Positions 34,979 to 44,969 of a DNA stretch of 61,806 nucleotides are shown here, in pieces. The notes below the pieces were generated by a model. The model was not told the DNA's origin. It was given only the letters and a program-made list of their open reading frames with translations, and ran no database searches. A program made the translations under genes and the position numbers. The DNA is taken from the IMG/VR virus record IMGVR_UViG_3300035154_000018, positions 1 through 61,806 of that record. One strand, written 5' to 3'. The stretch comes from a virus (lineage: Duplodnaviria; Caudoviricetes). Within the stretch, counting starts at the first letter, position 1. Every line of letters starts with the position of its first letter.

Positions 34979-37900
34979 TACGTCGACAGGGCTCCCTTCA
35001 AGGTGGACAGCTGGTTCTTCGTTGTGCGGTAGATCTCCACCGAGCTCAGAGCCTTGGGAGAGTAGTTGTTCTGGGTGTAGTTAAACGCCGGCGCACCCGT
35101 GGTCGGGTTAGTCGGCGTATCCGTGGTATTGGTACTGTCCAGCGAGGCTGCCGTCGATCGAGCATTGACGAGAGCTCCACTGACACCCAAGGATGCGGTT
35201 GACGGAATCAGAGTGCCGATCTTGCTAGCATTCTTCTGAATATCCGTCAGGTCCAGAACAGGTCGGATCGTGGGCTGCACGTTGATGTTACCCGCGATCA
35301 TGTTGTTGACCTTGGAGAGCGATACACGCATGGCTTCTACCGCATTGTCACCCACGGAAGATGCCGTATCGGCTACCATTTTGCCGTTGTCCGCTAGACC
35401 GTTTGACAGACCTTGTGCGGAGAACTTGCCAACCTCAGCGAAGACACGCGACGGCGACTTGATACCGAGCTTCTTCTTGATGGACTTGACCATAGCGTCA
35501 GCGATGATGTCCATCTGCTTCTGGATGGCCGCTTGCTGGTTCTGCAGACCCTTGACAAGACCCGCGGCAGAGTCAACCGCGGCCTGGTACAACGCCGTAG
35601 AGGCAGACTTGCCCAGAGAGGCAGCCGTGCTGTTCAGCGTCTTGTCGAGAGCGTTGATCTGGTCGATCTGAGTCTTACCGCCGTTAAGCAGGTCAGTCAC
35701 GAACGGCAGATCAGTAATGCCGGCACCGAGGAGGTCCTTGTAGGTTTCGTCGTTCAGACCCAGCTTACGGAGCTGCTGGAGCTTAGTGGCGAAGTCCTTG
35801 GTGTCTGCCACCTGCTTCTGCAAGTTGGCAATGTAGTCGGCCGCGGTAGTGTCTGTAGCCGGCGTGGCGATATCGGAGAACTGCTGCGTGATGGACGTGT
35901 TGAAGTCATCGCGCGTCTTAACGGCGTCGTTGTAGGCGTCCGTTGCAGCCTTGATCTTCGTCGTGAGGGTGGTGTATGAGGCCGACAGCGTGTCCAGTTT
36001 CTTCTGGTTGGCCGTCTGCTTCTTGGTGATCTCGGTGTACGCAGCCGATTCGGCCGAGTGCTCCTTCTTCGCCTGAGCCAGAGCCTTCTTGGTGGCATTG
36101 ATCTCGTCGCGATCCTTGTGCCGAGCTCCCTGCAATTTCTTGAGTTTGCTCGTCAGTGAATCGACACTCTTCTCTGAGTCGGTCATGGCGTTCTTGACTT
36201 GGTCACGCAGGCTGTTGAAAGCACTGTCGACCTTGCTCTTATCGCCACTCTTGAGACCCTTGACAAAGCCCTCGTTGACCGATTGGCCAATCTTGATGAA
36301 GACCTTGGATGGAGAGTTGACCTTCAGAATACCCTTAGCCGCCGAGATGGCCGAACTAGCGATATTCTTAGCCTCGCCAATGACGCGACCGACACCGGAA
36401 GCCAAGCCTCCGGTCATACCGTCGATGATCGCCAAAGCCAGGTTGAGGCCGGCAGCACGCATGGCTCCGCTGTTACCACGGATAGCATTAGCAGTGCTAT
36501 TGACGAAACTGATGACCATTTTGACAGCAGCAGAAGCAACGCGACCCGAGTTGGCACTAACACCGTTGATGAATGCAATGACGACGTTAGTACCCGCTGT
36601 GACGATGCTACCTATGCGACTGGCCAAACCGTTCAGCAGAGCCACGATAAGCTTAGCGCCGTTAGACGCCATGCTCGGAGCGTACTTGAGCAGAGCAGCC
36701 ACCAACGATGATGCCAAATGCAGCATCGTATTGATGATCTTAGGACCATTCTTGTCGATGGCCTCGAGCAATGCTCCCATGATGGCCGTTGCTGCAGCAC
36801 CGATCTTAGGTGCCGCATTGGTTATCAGATCCAGTAGTGCATCCAGCAATGCGCCTACCAATTTGACGATCTGTGGAAGACCGCCCAGTAGCGTCGTGAT
36901 GATACCCACGATAGCGCTTGCTGCGCCAACACCTGCTCCCGCTACCAGCGCCAAACCAGCGCCAAAGAGCAATAGACCTGCACCAGCGAGAAGTAGACCC
37001 GCGCCGATAAGTAGTGCTGCCGCACCGAAAGCGATGAGAATGGGCACCACGGGAGCGAGCAGGAGACCGCCCACGGATATGACCAGGAACGCTGCGGCCA
37101 ATGCAACCATGCTCTTGAGAATGTCACCCCAGGACATAGAGGCGAAGCCCTGCAATGCCGGCACCAGAATATTCAGTGCAGCTGCCACGACAATGAGAGC
37201 TGCTGCACCAGGCAGAGCTTCCGTCATGACAATCATCGCCGCGGCGATGAGAATAAGCGACGCAGCCAAGACCGTCAAGCTCTTGGCAATATCGCCCCAG
37301 GACATACCGCCCATGATAACCATGGCTTTAGCAAGAATACCCAATGCCTGTGCCGCCACAATGAGTGCAGCCGCGCCGGGCAGAGCTTCTTCCATGGCAG
37401 CCAGACCGGCAGCGATAAGAAGGAGTGATCCGAAGAGAACCACCATGGATTTGCCGATCTCAGACCAGGACATGTCGCCCATAACCTGTAGAGCCTTAGC
37501 AACTAGACCCAACGACGCGGCCACGATCGCCAATGCTGCGGCACCAGGCAGACTTGCTTCCATGCCATCCATGACGCCTGTGAGAATCAGCAGGGCAGCT
37601 GCCATGGCGAACAGACCCTTGAGGAGCTGAGGCCACGACATCTTGCCTAGATCACCCAACGCACTAGTGATGATCTTAAGAGCCACCGCCATCAGCAGAA
37701 TACCTGCTCCGGAGGAAAGACTCGCCTTGTCGAGAGCAGCGAACTTGGTGAAGAACGTCAAGCCGGCCAGGATAAGACCGACGCCCACCAATCCCTTGAG
37801 AAGCTCGGCCCAACTGAGTTTCGCCAGAGCTTGGACAGAACTCACCAGAATACGAACACCGACAGCGAGAGCGATCATACCGATACCAGTGGAGATCATC

Positions 37901-40299
37901 CGCTTGGGGTCGGGCATCAACTGCATAACCCCGACTAGTGCGCCCAAGATGACCACAACACCGGTCAGACCCTTAGCGAGACCATTCCAGTCAAGCTTAG
38001 CTAGCTTGGTAACTGCTGACGCGAGAATAACCACGGCAGTAGCCAGCAGGATCATGGCGCCGGCGACGAACGGCATCTTGGCGAAGCCGGCGAAACCCGA
38101 GACCTTCTGGAATATGATCAGGGACGCTACCAGCTGGGTGAACATGGTGGTGATGGCGATAGACGCTCGCGTGAGACCACCGGCATCGATCTTGGACAGA
38201 ACGTTCATCGAGACCGACAGGATGCCGATAGCGATGGCAATCTCGAGCAGAGTTGCTGCTTTGAGAGTGTTCTGCATGGCACTCAGCGTGCCCGTCAGAC
38301 CCTCAATACCTTCCTTGAGCGTATCGAGGAAGCCGGCACCAGAGCTCGACCCCTTGAGGTGATCGATGAACTTCTTGATCAGGATGACGATCGCACCCAG
38401 AAGACCGGTTTGTACCGTCTTGAGGAAATCGTCGAAATTCATCCCGGTCAGAGCGTTGGTAATCTCGTCGCCAAGACCACCGAAGACCTTGTTGAGTGCC
38501 TCGCCAACATTCTTAGCATCTTTATAGATGTTCTGGAATATGACGAGCGCATGTCCCCACACCACCGCGACAATCGCGCCGAGCTTACCCAGCGGGTTCA
38601 GCTTAGCGGCGAAATTCGACACGTTCTTGGCTGCTTCTGCTCCACTAAAGCCATCGAACAGAGAGGCCAAATATGAAGCCATGGTCTTGATCAGACGGAT
38701 GGGCGCAGCAAGAATCTTGGTAAGAGTATTGAAGAACGTCGTCAGACCAGTACCACCCTTGATGGCCTTGTCGATGCCGACCAAGAAATCACCGATGTTG
38801 CCGGTGAAGTTGAGGAAGCCACCACTACCCTTGGTCGCCACCCCGAGTAGATCGAGGATGACTCCACCGAGCTTCTTGACGATCTGCCAACCGATGTCGA
38901 GCACGGCGAAGAAGCCGGCGAAGGTCCGCTTGAGATTGTTGGCTGTCGTGCCACCGATTTTGAGACTTGCGGTGAAGCGCTCAAGGGACTTAGACATGTC
39001 GGCCAATTGCTTACCCGTGATGGCCGGGAATATCTCTCGAAAGGCGTCGCGAATGGGCTTGGTGACGGCAAGAAGTGCCTCGAAGGCATTCTCGACTGAC
39101 TTGATAACAGCAGTACGACCACCAAGGGTCTTCCAGTCGGCCAGGATCTTGTTGCGAGAGTTAGCTGAGGCAGTGACGAATCCACCCAGCACATTGTTGA
39201 CTCGGGTGAAGAGAGTCTTGGATTCGTTGAAGTCGCCGAAGACTGTTGCCCAAGTCTGAGTCCATCCAGACCCAATAGATTCCCGGATAGTACCGACGAG
39301 TTGAGACAGTGTCTTAACCTGTGTGGCAGCATTCTTGGCCATCTTGGCCTGTGTCTGAATGGCCTTGATCTCGGCAGCGTTGAAACCCTCTGCCTTGAGC
39401 TGAGCATCCGTGAGGTCGCCCGAGAACTGCTTCAAAGTCTGTGTCAAGACCTTAGACGTCAACCATGATTGCTGGCCAGGTTTCGCCGTGATCGAGTCAC
39501 GGAAACTCTTACCGTCAACCGTGACGTTCTTCATGCTGCCTGAAAGCTTGACCGCGCCCTTGTTCAGGGTGCCCATCTTCTCGGCATTTTGCGTCAAAGC
39601 TCGCTGGAAGACGGTACCGCCCAGGCCAGCGTTGACGACAGAGTTCCAGTCTTCGAGACTGACCTTACCCGAGGATATGGCTTGTGAGAGCTGATACATG
39701 GCCGTCGAAGCCTGGTCGGCGCTCGAGCCAGACAGAGCTGCTAGGTTGGCCAAACCCTTGATCGAAGCGACAGAAGTATTGAGATCCACGCCGGCCGCGG
39801 TGAACGTACCGATGTTCTTCGCCATTTCAGCGAAGTTGTAGATCGTCTGGTCCGAGTAGTGATTCAGCTCGTTTAGAGCCTTGTTGACGTCTTTGAGATT
39901 TGTGCCAGCGGACGCGGTGTTCGACAGAATCGTCTGAATCGCGTTGAGGTTAGTCTCGTATTCGTGGAAACCATCGGTGATGGGCCCGAACGCGAGACTC
40001 TTGACCAAATTCTCGCCGGCAAAGACAGCCTGCGCACTGATGGTACTGAGTGCAGCAAGGCCGATAGTACCCATGGCCTTGAATTTGCCACCGATTGCTT
40101 CAACACCCGACGCAATGCGAGAGAGTGCACCCACCTGCTTGTCGGCAGCAGAGCCAATATCGCTGAAGCCCTTGGTGCCGTCCGTCATCTTGAGCTTGGA
40201 GTTGAGTTTGTCAAGAGCCGTCAAACTCTTGTCCACGCCAGTCAAGAATGCAGCGCCATCGAACTTCATGGCTACAATACGTTCTTCGATGGTACTCAT
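34978..40299 (-). CDS. Tape measure protein
   Basis: 1773 aa, Ala/Gly-rich helical repeats, tape-measure N domain, SPS(K/R)VF motifs. Confidence 0.93.
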   Translation of the reverse strand: MSTIEERIVAMKFDGAAFLTGVDKSLTALDKLNSKLKMTDGTKGFSDIGSAADKQVGALSRIASGVEAIGGKFKAMGTIGLAALSTISAQAVFAGENLVKSLAFGPITDGFHEYETNLNAIQTILSNTASAGTNLKDVNKALNELNHYSDQTIYNFAEMAKNIGTFTAAGVDLNTSVASIKGLANLAALSGSSADQASTAMYQLSQAISSGKVSLEDWNSVVNAGLGGTVFQRALTQNAEKMGTLNKGAVKLSGSMKNVTVDGKSFRDSITAKPGQQSWLTSKVLTQTLKQFSGDLTDAQLKAEGFNAAEIKAIQTQAKMAKNAATQVKTLSQLVGTIRESIGSGWTQTWATVFGDFNESKTLFTRVNNVLGGFVTASANSRNKILADWKTLGGRTAVIKSVENAFEALLAVTKPIRDAFREIFPAITGKQLADMSKSLERFTASLKIGGTTANNLKRTFAGFFAVLDIGWQIVKKLGGVILDLLGVATKGSGGFLNFTGNIGDFLVGIDKAIKGGTGLTTFFNTLTKILAAPIRLIKTMASYLASLFDGFSGAEAAKNVSNFAAKLNPLGKLGAIVAVVWGHALVIFQNIYKDAKNVGEALNKVFGGLGDEITNALTGMNFDDFLKTVQTGLLGAIVILIKKFIDHLKGSSSGAGFLDTLKEGIEGLTGTLSAMQNTLKAATLLEIAIAIGILSVSMNVLSKIDAGGLTRASIAITTMFTQLVASLIIFQKVSGFAGFAKMPFVAGAMILLATAVVILASAVTKLAKLDWNGLAKGLTGVVVILGALVGVMQLMPDPKRMISTGIGMIALAVGVRILVSSVQALAKLSWAELLKGLVGVGLILAGLTFFTKFAALDKASLSSGAGILLMAVALKIITSALGDLGKMSWPQLLKGLFAMAAALLILTGVMDGMEASLPGAAALAIVAASLGLVAKALQVMGDMSWSEIGKSMVVLFGSLLLIAAGLAAMEEALPGAAALIVAAQALGILAKAMVIMGGMSWGDIAKSLTVLAASLILIAAAMIVMTEALPGAAALIVVAAALNILVPALQGFASMSWGDILKSMVALAAAFLVISVGGLLLAPVVPILIAFGAAALLIGAGLLLAGAGLLLFGAGLALVAGAGVGAASAIVGIITTLLGGLPQIVKLVGALLDALLDLITNAAPKIGAAATAIMGALLEAIDKNGPKIINTMLHLASSLVAALLKYAPSMASNGAKLIVALLNGLASRIGSIVTAGTNVVIAFINGVSANSGRVASAAVKMVISFVNSTANAIRGNSGAMRAAGLNLALAIIDGMTGGLASGVGRVIGEAKNIASSAISAAKGILKVNSPSKVFIKIGQSVNEGFVKGLKSGDKSKVDSAFNSLRDQVKNAMTDSEKSVDSLTSKLKKLQGARHKDRDEINATKKALAQAKKEHSAESAAYTEITKKQTANQKKLDTLSASYTTLTTKIKAATDAYNDAVKTRDDFNTSITQQFSDIATPATDTTAADYIANLQKQVADTKDFATKLQQLRKLGLNDETYKDLLGAGITDLPFVTDLLNGGKTQIDQINALDKTLNSTAASLGKSASTALYQAAVDSAAGLVKGLQNQQAAIQKQMDIIADAMVKSIKKKLGIKSPSRVFAEVGKFSAQGLSNGLADNGKMVADTASSVGDNAVEAMRVSLSKVNNMIAGNINVQPTIRPVLDLTDIQKNASKIGTLIPSTASLGVSGALVNARSTAASLDSTNTTDTPTNPTTGAPAFNYTQNNYSPKALSSVEIYRTTKNQLSTLKGALST

Positions 40300-40676
40300 T
40301 AGGAGGTCACCGCCCTTCTCACCGCTTCTTCGATTTGGTCAAATATGGGTCGCATCGCCGGGTTGATGTAATCACGGCCTTGGACGTATCCACCCGTTCC
40401 TGTGGAATATCCGTACTGCAGCATGACGGCGACCGGGAACCCGCTTTCCACGTCCGTGTTATTCCAGGATATGGTAAGGCTGGCTCCCGATCGCTCGATC
40501 TCGTACGTCCAGTCTCCCGCAGCGAGACCGGTGTCGACAGGCGTGGCACTAGCCAGAGCTTCCGCTCCAGCCTGAGCGTATTTATCGAGTCCCCTGTAAA
40601 AATCCCCCCGGGCTAATTTTTGGAGATAGTTTCGGGTACCGTCAGTATTTCCGCTCGTTTTTATCGTGACAGGCAC
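40299..40676 (-). CDS. HK97 gp10-like tail completion protein
   Basis: ATPVDTG; GYVQGRDYINPA. Confidence 0.75.
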   Translation of the reverse strand: MPVTIKTSGNTDGTRNYLQKLARGDFYRGLDKYAQAGAEALASATPVDTGLAAGDWTYEIERSGASLTISWNNTDVESGFPVAVMLQYGYSTGTGGYVQGRDYINPAMRPIFDQIEEAVRRAVTS

Positions 40677-40692
40677 GTCGACTCCTCGTCGG

Positions 40693-40965
40693 CTATTGCA
40701 GGGCGGTGAACTTCCGACCCATGTCGAAGGTCGTCTGATTGGCCGTGGGGATCCCGTGCATGTTCTGGAAATACAGTCGCAGAGTAGCGGCCTCGGCTGT
40801 GGTGTAGCCGAATTCTGCGACGAGTGGATCGACGTTGGAGACGATCGGTCGATCGTTCAAGAAGTTGTTAAACGTCTCGACTTGAGCGAACGCCGAACGA
40901 ATACCCAGCGCTGCCTGAGCGGCCATCTGGTTGATCGTGGGCTGATCGACATAGTACCCGAGCAT
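40693..40965 (-). CDS. Hypothetical protein
   Basis: 90 aa; AAGGAG RBS. Confidence 0.7.
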   Translation of the reverse strand: MLGYYVDQPTINQMAAQAALGIRSAFAQVETFNNFLNDRPIVSNVDPLVAEFGYTTAEAATLRLYFQNMHGIPTANQTTFDMGRKFTALQ

Positions 40966-40974
40966 CCGTGCTCC

Positions 40975-42054
40975 TTATCCAAGTGCGAGCCACCAAACGG
41001 CAGTCGCCGTAGTGCCTGTTCGATAAATCCAGATGTCCATACCACTCGAGGTGACACTCGCAGCGGAAACCTCAGTGACCGACGAACCTGGAACACCCGT
41101 ATTAGCAGTAACCTGAATACAGGCAGGGGCGATAGCGAAACGACCCGCGGGGAACACAATCGACGCCGATGTCGGGGTGTTGGCCACAGGCGTGATGGTG
41201 ACGCTACCCCACGCCATTGCTCCGGGACTCCAGCCTCCGGTATTGGCGGTGAGCATGATGCGCCACGGAGACCAACCAGTTGCACTGTTGGCAGTACGCA
41301 ACCAGAGCTCGGTAACACCGCTGGATCCACCAACATGCTTGGTGAAGGTCTGTCGAGCGAAGTCTGTACCATCGACGTAGGTGAGAATCTCACCCGCGCT
41401 GCCGGAGAAGTTCCAGCTGGTAGAGTTGACGCTCGTGTAGTAGATTCGCGACCATCCGAGAGGATATGCCGTGAATGCAGTGGTCTGAGCGAAACTGCCC
41501 GGCGTGAGATCGGCGGTCAGATAGACCCGATTCCACACGGTCCAGCCACCGCCACCACCACTCGAGTGGTATTCACGCACCCACGACGTTGGCGCCTGCG
41601 TACCGCCAGATGCTCCGTAGAACGTCTGAACGACACGGTCTGTCGCAGCGTTGTAGGTGATGACCGTACCAGTGCCCGAGTTCAGTGACCACGCTGACGC
41701 ACTCAGCGTCATGATCGAGATACCCGACGGATATGACGAAGGAAGAGCAGTCTCGACCAGAGCGGTGATCGCCTTGACGGTGTTGAGTGTTGCTCCGTAC
41801 GCAGCGACACCGAACGGCGTGGTGGCTCGAGTAGTGTCGGTGCCGGCGATGGTCTCGCTATCAGTCGCGAGCTCAACAACACCCTCGACGGACGTAGTGG
41901 CGACGGGAGGACTGGCGACAATACTACCGACGTCCACCTCAGAACCATCTTGCAGGGTCAGGATGAGATGCTCATCGGTGATCGCCGCACCTGTGACGGC
42001 TCCATTGGTGAGCTCGTCGATGTGTTCGGCTGAATATACGTTAACGGAGGCCAC
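40975..42054 (-). CDS. Minor tail / fibre-like protein
   Basis: ATTSVEGVVELAT fibre motif; two internal beta-rich repeats ending GW..W. Confidence 0.7.
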   Translation of the reverse strand: MASVNVYSAEHIDELTNGAVTGAAITDEHLILTLQDGSEVDVGSIVASPPVATTSVEGVVELATDSETIAGTDTTRATTPFGVAAYGATLNTVKAITALVETALPSSYPSGISIMTLSASAWSLNSGTGTVITYNAATDRVVQTFYGASGGTQAPTSWVREYHSSGGGGGWTVWNRVYLTADLTPGSFAQTTAFTAYPLGWSRIYYTSVNSTSWNFSGSAGEILTYVDGTDFARQTFTKHVGGSSGVTELWLRTANSATGWSPWRIMLTANTGGWSPGAMAWGSVTITPVANTPTSASIVFPAGRFAIAPACIQVTANTGVPGSSVTEVSAASVTSSGMDIWIYRTGTTATAVWWLALG

Positions 42055-42069
42055 GTGACCACCTTCCTA

Positions 42070-42858
42070 CTAGTAAGTGATGGTCGAGGTGTCCGCGTCG
42101 ACGTTGGTAACGCTGGGATGATCGATGGTAAATTGATTGTCGCCAATGGAATATACGTTGGCGGTGGGGCCGGCAACGAGGAACATGCCGTCGCCCTCAT
42201 CGGTGACCGTGAAGTCGAGCGGTGTGTCGAAGATATCCATGAGGTCTTCGGCATCAGGAATCCGGGCTACATCGTCATCGGTACCGTAGAGAATGTTTTC
42301 GATGGCAGCGAGAGTGTAATCAGCCGTGTATCGAGAATCGATGACGATGTGAGCTGTCGACATGTGACCATCAGCCCAAATCGGCGTGGTAGTGATGCTC
42401 CAGCTGAAATCTGCGGCCTCGACAGAATCACTGAAAGTAGAGAGGGATCGCGAAGACGGTGTCGCCATCGCGTTGTAGATCAGATGAAGCTTGTACCCGA
42501 GTCGGGTTCCCTCTTGTTCGTTACCGACCATTGTCCGATAGCAAAGACTGAAATACTGTCGCTGCTGTTGGCTGAAGAACAGACCTGGCCGGACTTGTGC
42601 CGACCCATCGCACTCGGAGAACTCCACGGGATAGGTATAGGCCTTGATCGTGGCCTCGAACTCCTCAGCCGCGGCGAGGTTAAGGTACTTAACCCCATCG
42701 ATGTACAGAGGCTGCGCGTCTCCCCCAGTGGGATTCTCGTCAACGGATATGAGACCGATCCATGGGACGCCGGCGGTCTCAGGGAGGTAGAGCACGCCAC
42801 GGTCTACGCCAGCCTCGTAGATGTGGGAACCAGCGGTGTTCCAAGCTATGCGTGACAT
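42070..42858 (-). CDS. Major tail protein paralog
   Basis: YEAGVDRGVLY...KYLNL...EEF..TI.AYTYP aligns with 43429-44313. Confidence 0.8.
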   Translation of the reverse strand: MSRIAWNTAGSHIYEAGVDRGVLYLPETAGVPWIGLISVDENPTGGDAQPLYIDGVKYLNLAAAEEFEATIKAYTYPVEFSECDGSAQVRPGLFFSQQQRQYFSLCYRTMVGNEQEGTRLGYKLHLIYNAMATPSSRSLSTFSDSVEAADFSWSITTTPIWADGHMSTAHIVIDSRYTADYTLAAIENILYGTDDDVARIPDAEDLMDIFDTPLDFTVTDEGDGMFLVAGPTANVYSIGDNQFTIDHPSVTNVDADTSTITY

Positions 42859-42859
42859 G

Positions 42860-43405
42860 TCAACCCCGGGTTCCCATTGTGGCCTGACGCTTAGCATTCA
42901 GTTGTGCCTGCTGACGCAAGGCGTCGTTACGACTCATCTTCTTCGGCGGAGTCTTCTGTTCGTTACACACTCGAATGAGGTCGAACACCTCGTTCAAATG
43001 CCACGTTTCAGTCGGTTGAAAGGGGATACGAAGTCCCACTAGCCAACCGTAAATGACCGCTTTAGTGATAATCTGCCGAGATCGAGGCTTGTTCTTATCC
43101 TCGCGGAAAGTCGTGGCTGAATGCTTGGAAGGAATGTATGCTTCGATGGCCTCGAAGTTCTTTTTAGAAAACTTCTGGAGAAAATCTCCCGGGGGATTTT
43201 TTGTCAGAAGCATACAGTGTTCGATGTAGAAAAGAGTCTCTTCCTCAGTCTTGTCCTCGTTGGAGAGGAAAGGCTTTTCGAATTCTGACTCCCATTTTGA
43301 CAGGGAAACCAGAGAGTGCTCGAACTCCAGCTCGAATCCCTCCGACATGAATCTAGATGTCGATTCATCGAACAACGTCGCCGTTTCAACAAAGATGGTA
43401 AGCAC
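42860..43405 (-). CDS. Tail assembly chaperone
   Basis: EHSLVSLSKWES; WHLN; follows major tail gene. Confidence 0.7.
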   Translation of the reverse strand: MLTIFVETATLFDESTSRFMSEGFELEFEHSLVSLSKWESEFEKPFLSNEDKTEEETLFYIEHCMLLTKNPPGDFLQKFSKKNFEAIEAYIPSKHSATTFREDKNKPRSRQIITKAVIYGWLVGLRIPFQPTETWHLNEVFDLIRVCNEQKTPPKKMSRNDALRQQAQLNAKRQATMGTRG

Positions 43406-43428
43406 TCTCTGGCCTCCCTTCGGTCAGA

Positions 43429-44313
43429 TCAGACGTACGTGTAACCCCAGTCGGTGTCCACGTTGGCCGGAATGCGGTAGCCCGGCAGAGCCACGGCCTT
43501 GACGATCTTCGACGAGGCGATGACGACCGGGCCGGCCGCCTTGGTGACGCCGTCGATGGTGTACTTGATACCGGTCGTGCTCGGGATGGTGATCGTGTGC
43601 GTCCCCGAGACGAACGTGGGAACCGCCGGAGTGGCGTCGACGATCGTGCCGGCGAACATGGCGATCACGTCGGCCGGCATCGGCAGGGACGGGTCGCTGC
43701 CCGAGGTGCCGTACAGCAGCTCCTCGAGCGCCGCCAGGGCGTCGGCGTCCACGCCGGTGGAGTCGATCGTCAGGGTCGCCGTCGGCTTGTAGGCCACGCT
43801 GTCGATCGTGCCGACCTCGACGGGAGTCGTGGTGAACTCCCACGAGAAGGTGATCGGCTCCGGCGAGTCGTTGATCGTGCCATACGCCCGCTCCGACGGG
43901 GCCGCGGTGGCGCCGTAGACGAGGTGCAGCTTGTAGCCGTAGTCGTTGCCCTGCACGTCGTTGCCCAGCTGCGAGCGGTACGACAGACCGAACAGGTGCC
44001 GGCTCTGTTGACCGATCACGATGCCGCCCTCGAACGCGGCGGAACCGTCGCACTGCGCCCACTCGGGCGGGTAGGTGAAGGCCTCGATGGTGCCGCCGAA
44101 CTCCTCGGCCGAGGTCAGGTTCAGGTACTTGATGTTGTCGGCGTACTGCGGCTGGGCCTCGGCGCCCGACGGCGACTCGGTCAGGGTGACGAGGCCATTC
44201 CAGGCCACACCCGTGTCGTACACGCCGGCGTTGTCGGGGATGTAGAGGACCCCGTGGTCGACACCGGTCTCGTAAGTCCGCTGGCCGACCTGGTCCCACT
44301 GGAGCTGGGTCAT
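43429..44313 (-). CDS. Major tail (tube) protein
   Basis: Very high GC3; YETGVDHGVLY, YADNIKYLNL; C-terminal accessory domain. Confidence 0.85.
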   Translation of the reverse strand: MTQLQWDQVGQRTYETGVDHGVLYIPDNAGVYDTGVAWNGLVTLTESPSGAEAQPQYADNIKYLNLTSAEEFGGTIEAFTYPPEWAQCDGSAAFEGGIVIGQQSRHLFGLSYRSQLGNDVQGNDYGYKLHLVYGATAAPSERAYGTINDSPEPITFSWEFTTTPVEVGTIDSVAYKPTATLTIDSTGVDADALAALEELLYGTSGSDPSLPMPADVIAMFAGTIVDATPAVPTFVSGTHTITIPSTTGIKYTIDGVTKAAGPVVIASSKIVKAVALPGYRIPANVDTDWGYTYV

Positions 44314-44326
44314 GTGTTACTTCTCC

Positions 44327-44653
44327 TCAGAAGTACAGCGTGAACACGCTGTGGTGTAGGTTGTTCGCCGTGTAATGTCGGTCGAATAGGGCAGACTCGA
44401 GCCAGGCGATGGAATCCGCGACAAGACTGACGGGATCCGTATCGATAACCGTTATCTGGTACCGCTTCTTGTACATGTACGGCTTGTTGCCAGCGAACTC
44501 AGTATGAGCGTTGTCCTGTTGATAGACGATGCACGGATACTGCATTGCCAGTGTAGCCGGCGGCTGGAAATATACGTATCTGGTGTTTAGCACTTGCATC
44601 TGGATTTGCTCAAGAAGAGCCTGAAGCTCAGGGCTTCGGTCCATTGTAAACAC
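44327..44653 (-). CDS. Tail terminator
   Basis: VYFQPP...YPCIVY; synteny. Confidence 0.75.
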   Translation of the reverse strand: MFTMDRSPELQALLEQIQMQVLNTRYVYFQPPATLAMQYPCIVYQQDNAHTEFAGNKPYMYKKRYQITVIDTDPVSLVADSIAWLESALFDRHYTANNLHHSVFTLYF

Positions 44654-44954
44654 CTCCCAACCTCAACAAGAGGCGTGGGCGTACTTCGGTGACCTGTTCG
44701 ACCTTCCAAAGTACGCCCTGCCACTTGATGTAGCGCATGGCAAATATGTGTTCGCGGGCATATGCGTCGGCCACGATACTGATGGAGTTTCCGACGGAAA
44801 TATCGTCATTGACGCTAGTTCCGACCTCTAAGCTCCGGGAGTTGAGGACAACGTCACCGTAGTACGGGTACTCGACGATGACGTTGTCCTTCCACACACC
44901 AGGGCGTTCCTCTACAGTTTCGCCGTAACCGATTTCACCGTAGAACCTTGCCAT
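44628..44954 (-). CDS. Head-to-tail stopper/adaptor
   Basis: 108 aa after capsid gene; YIKWQG..WKV. Confidence 0.7.
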   Translation of the reverse strand: MARFYGEIGYGETVEERPGVWKDNVIVEYPYYGDVVLNSRSLEVGTSVNDDISVGNSISIVADAYAREHIFAMRYIKWQGVLWKVEQVTEVRPRLLLRLGGVYNGPKP

Positions 44955-44969
44955 GGCGATTGTCGGCTA

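Noticed and set aside
42860-43405. Programmed frameshift in the tail assembly chaperone
   Set aside because: Single continuous ORF; no downstream shifted frame leading to the tape measure gene.
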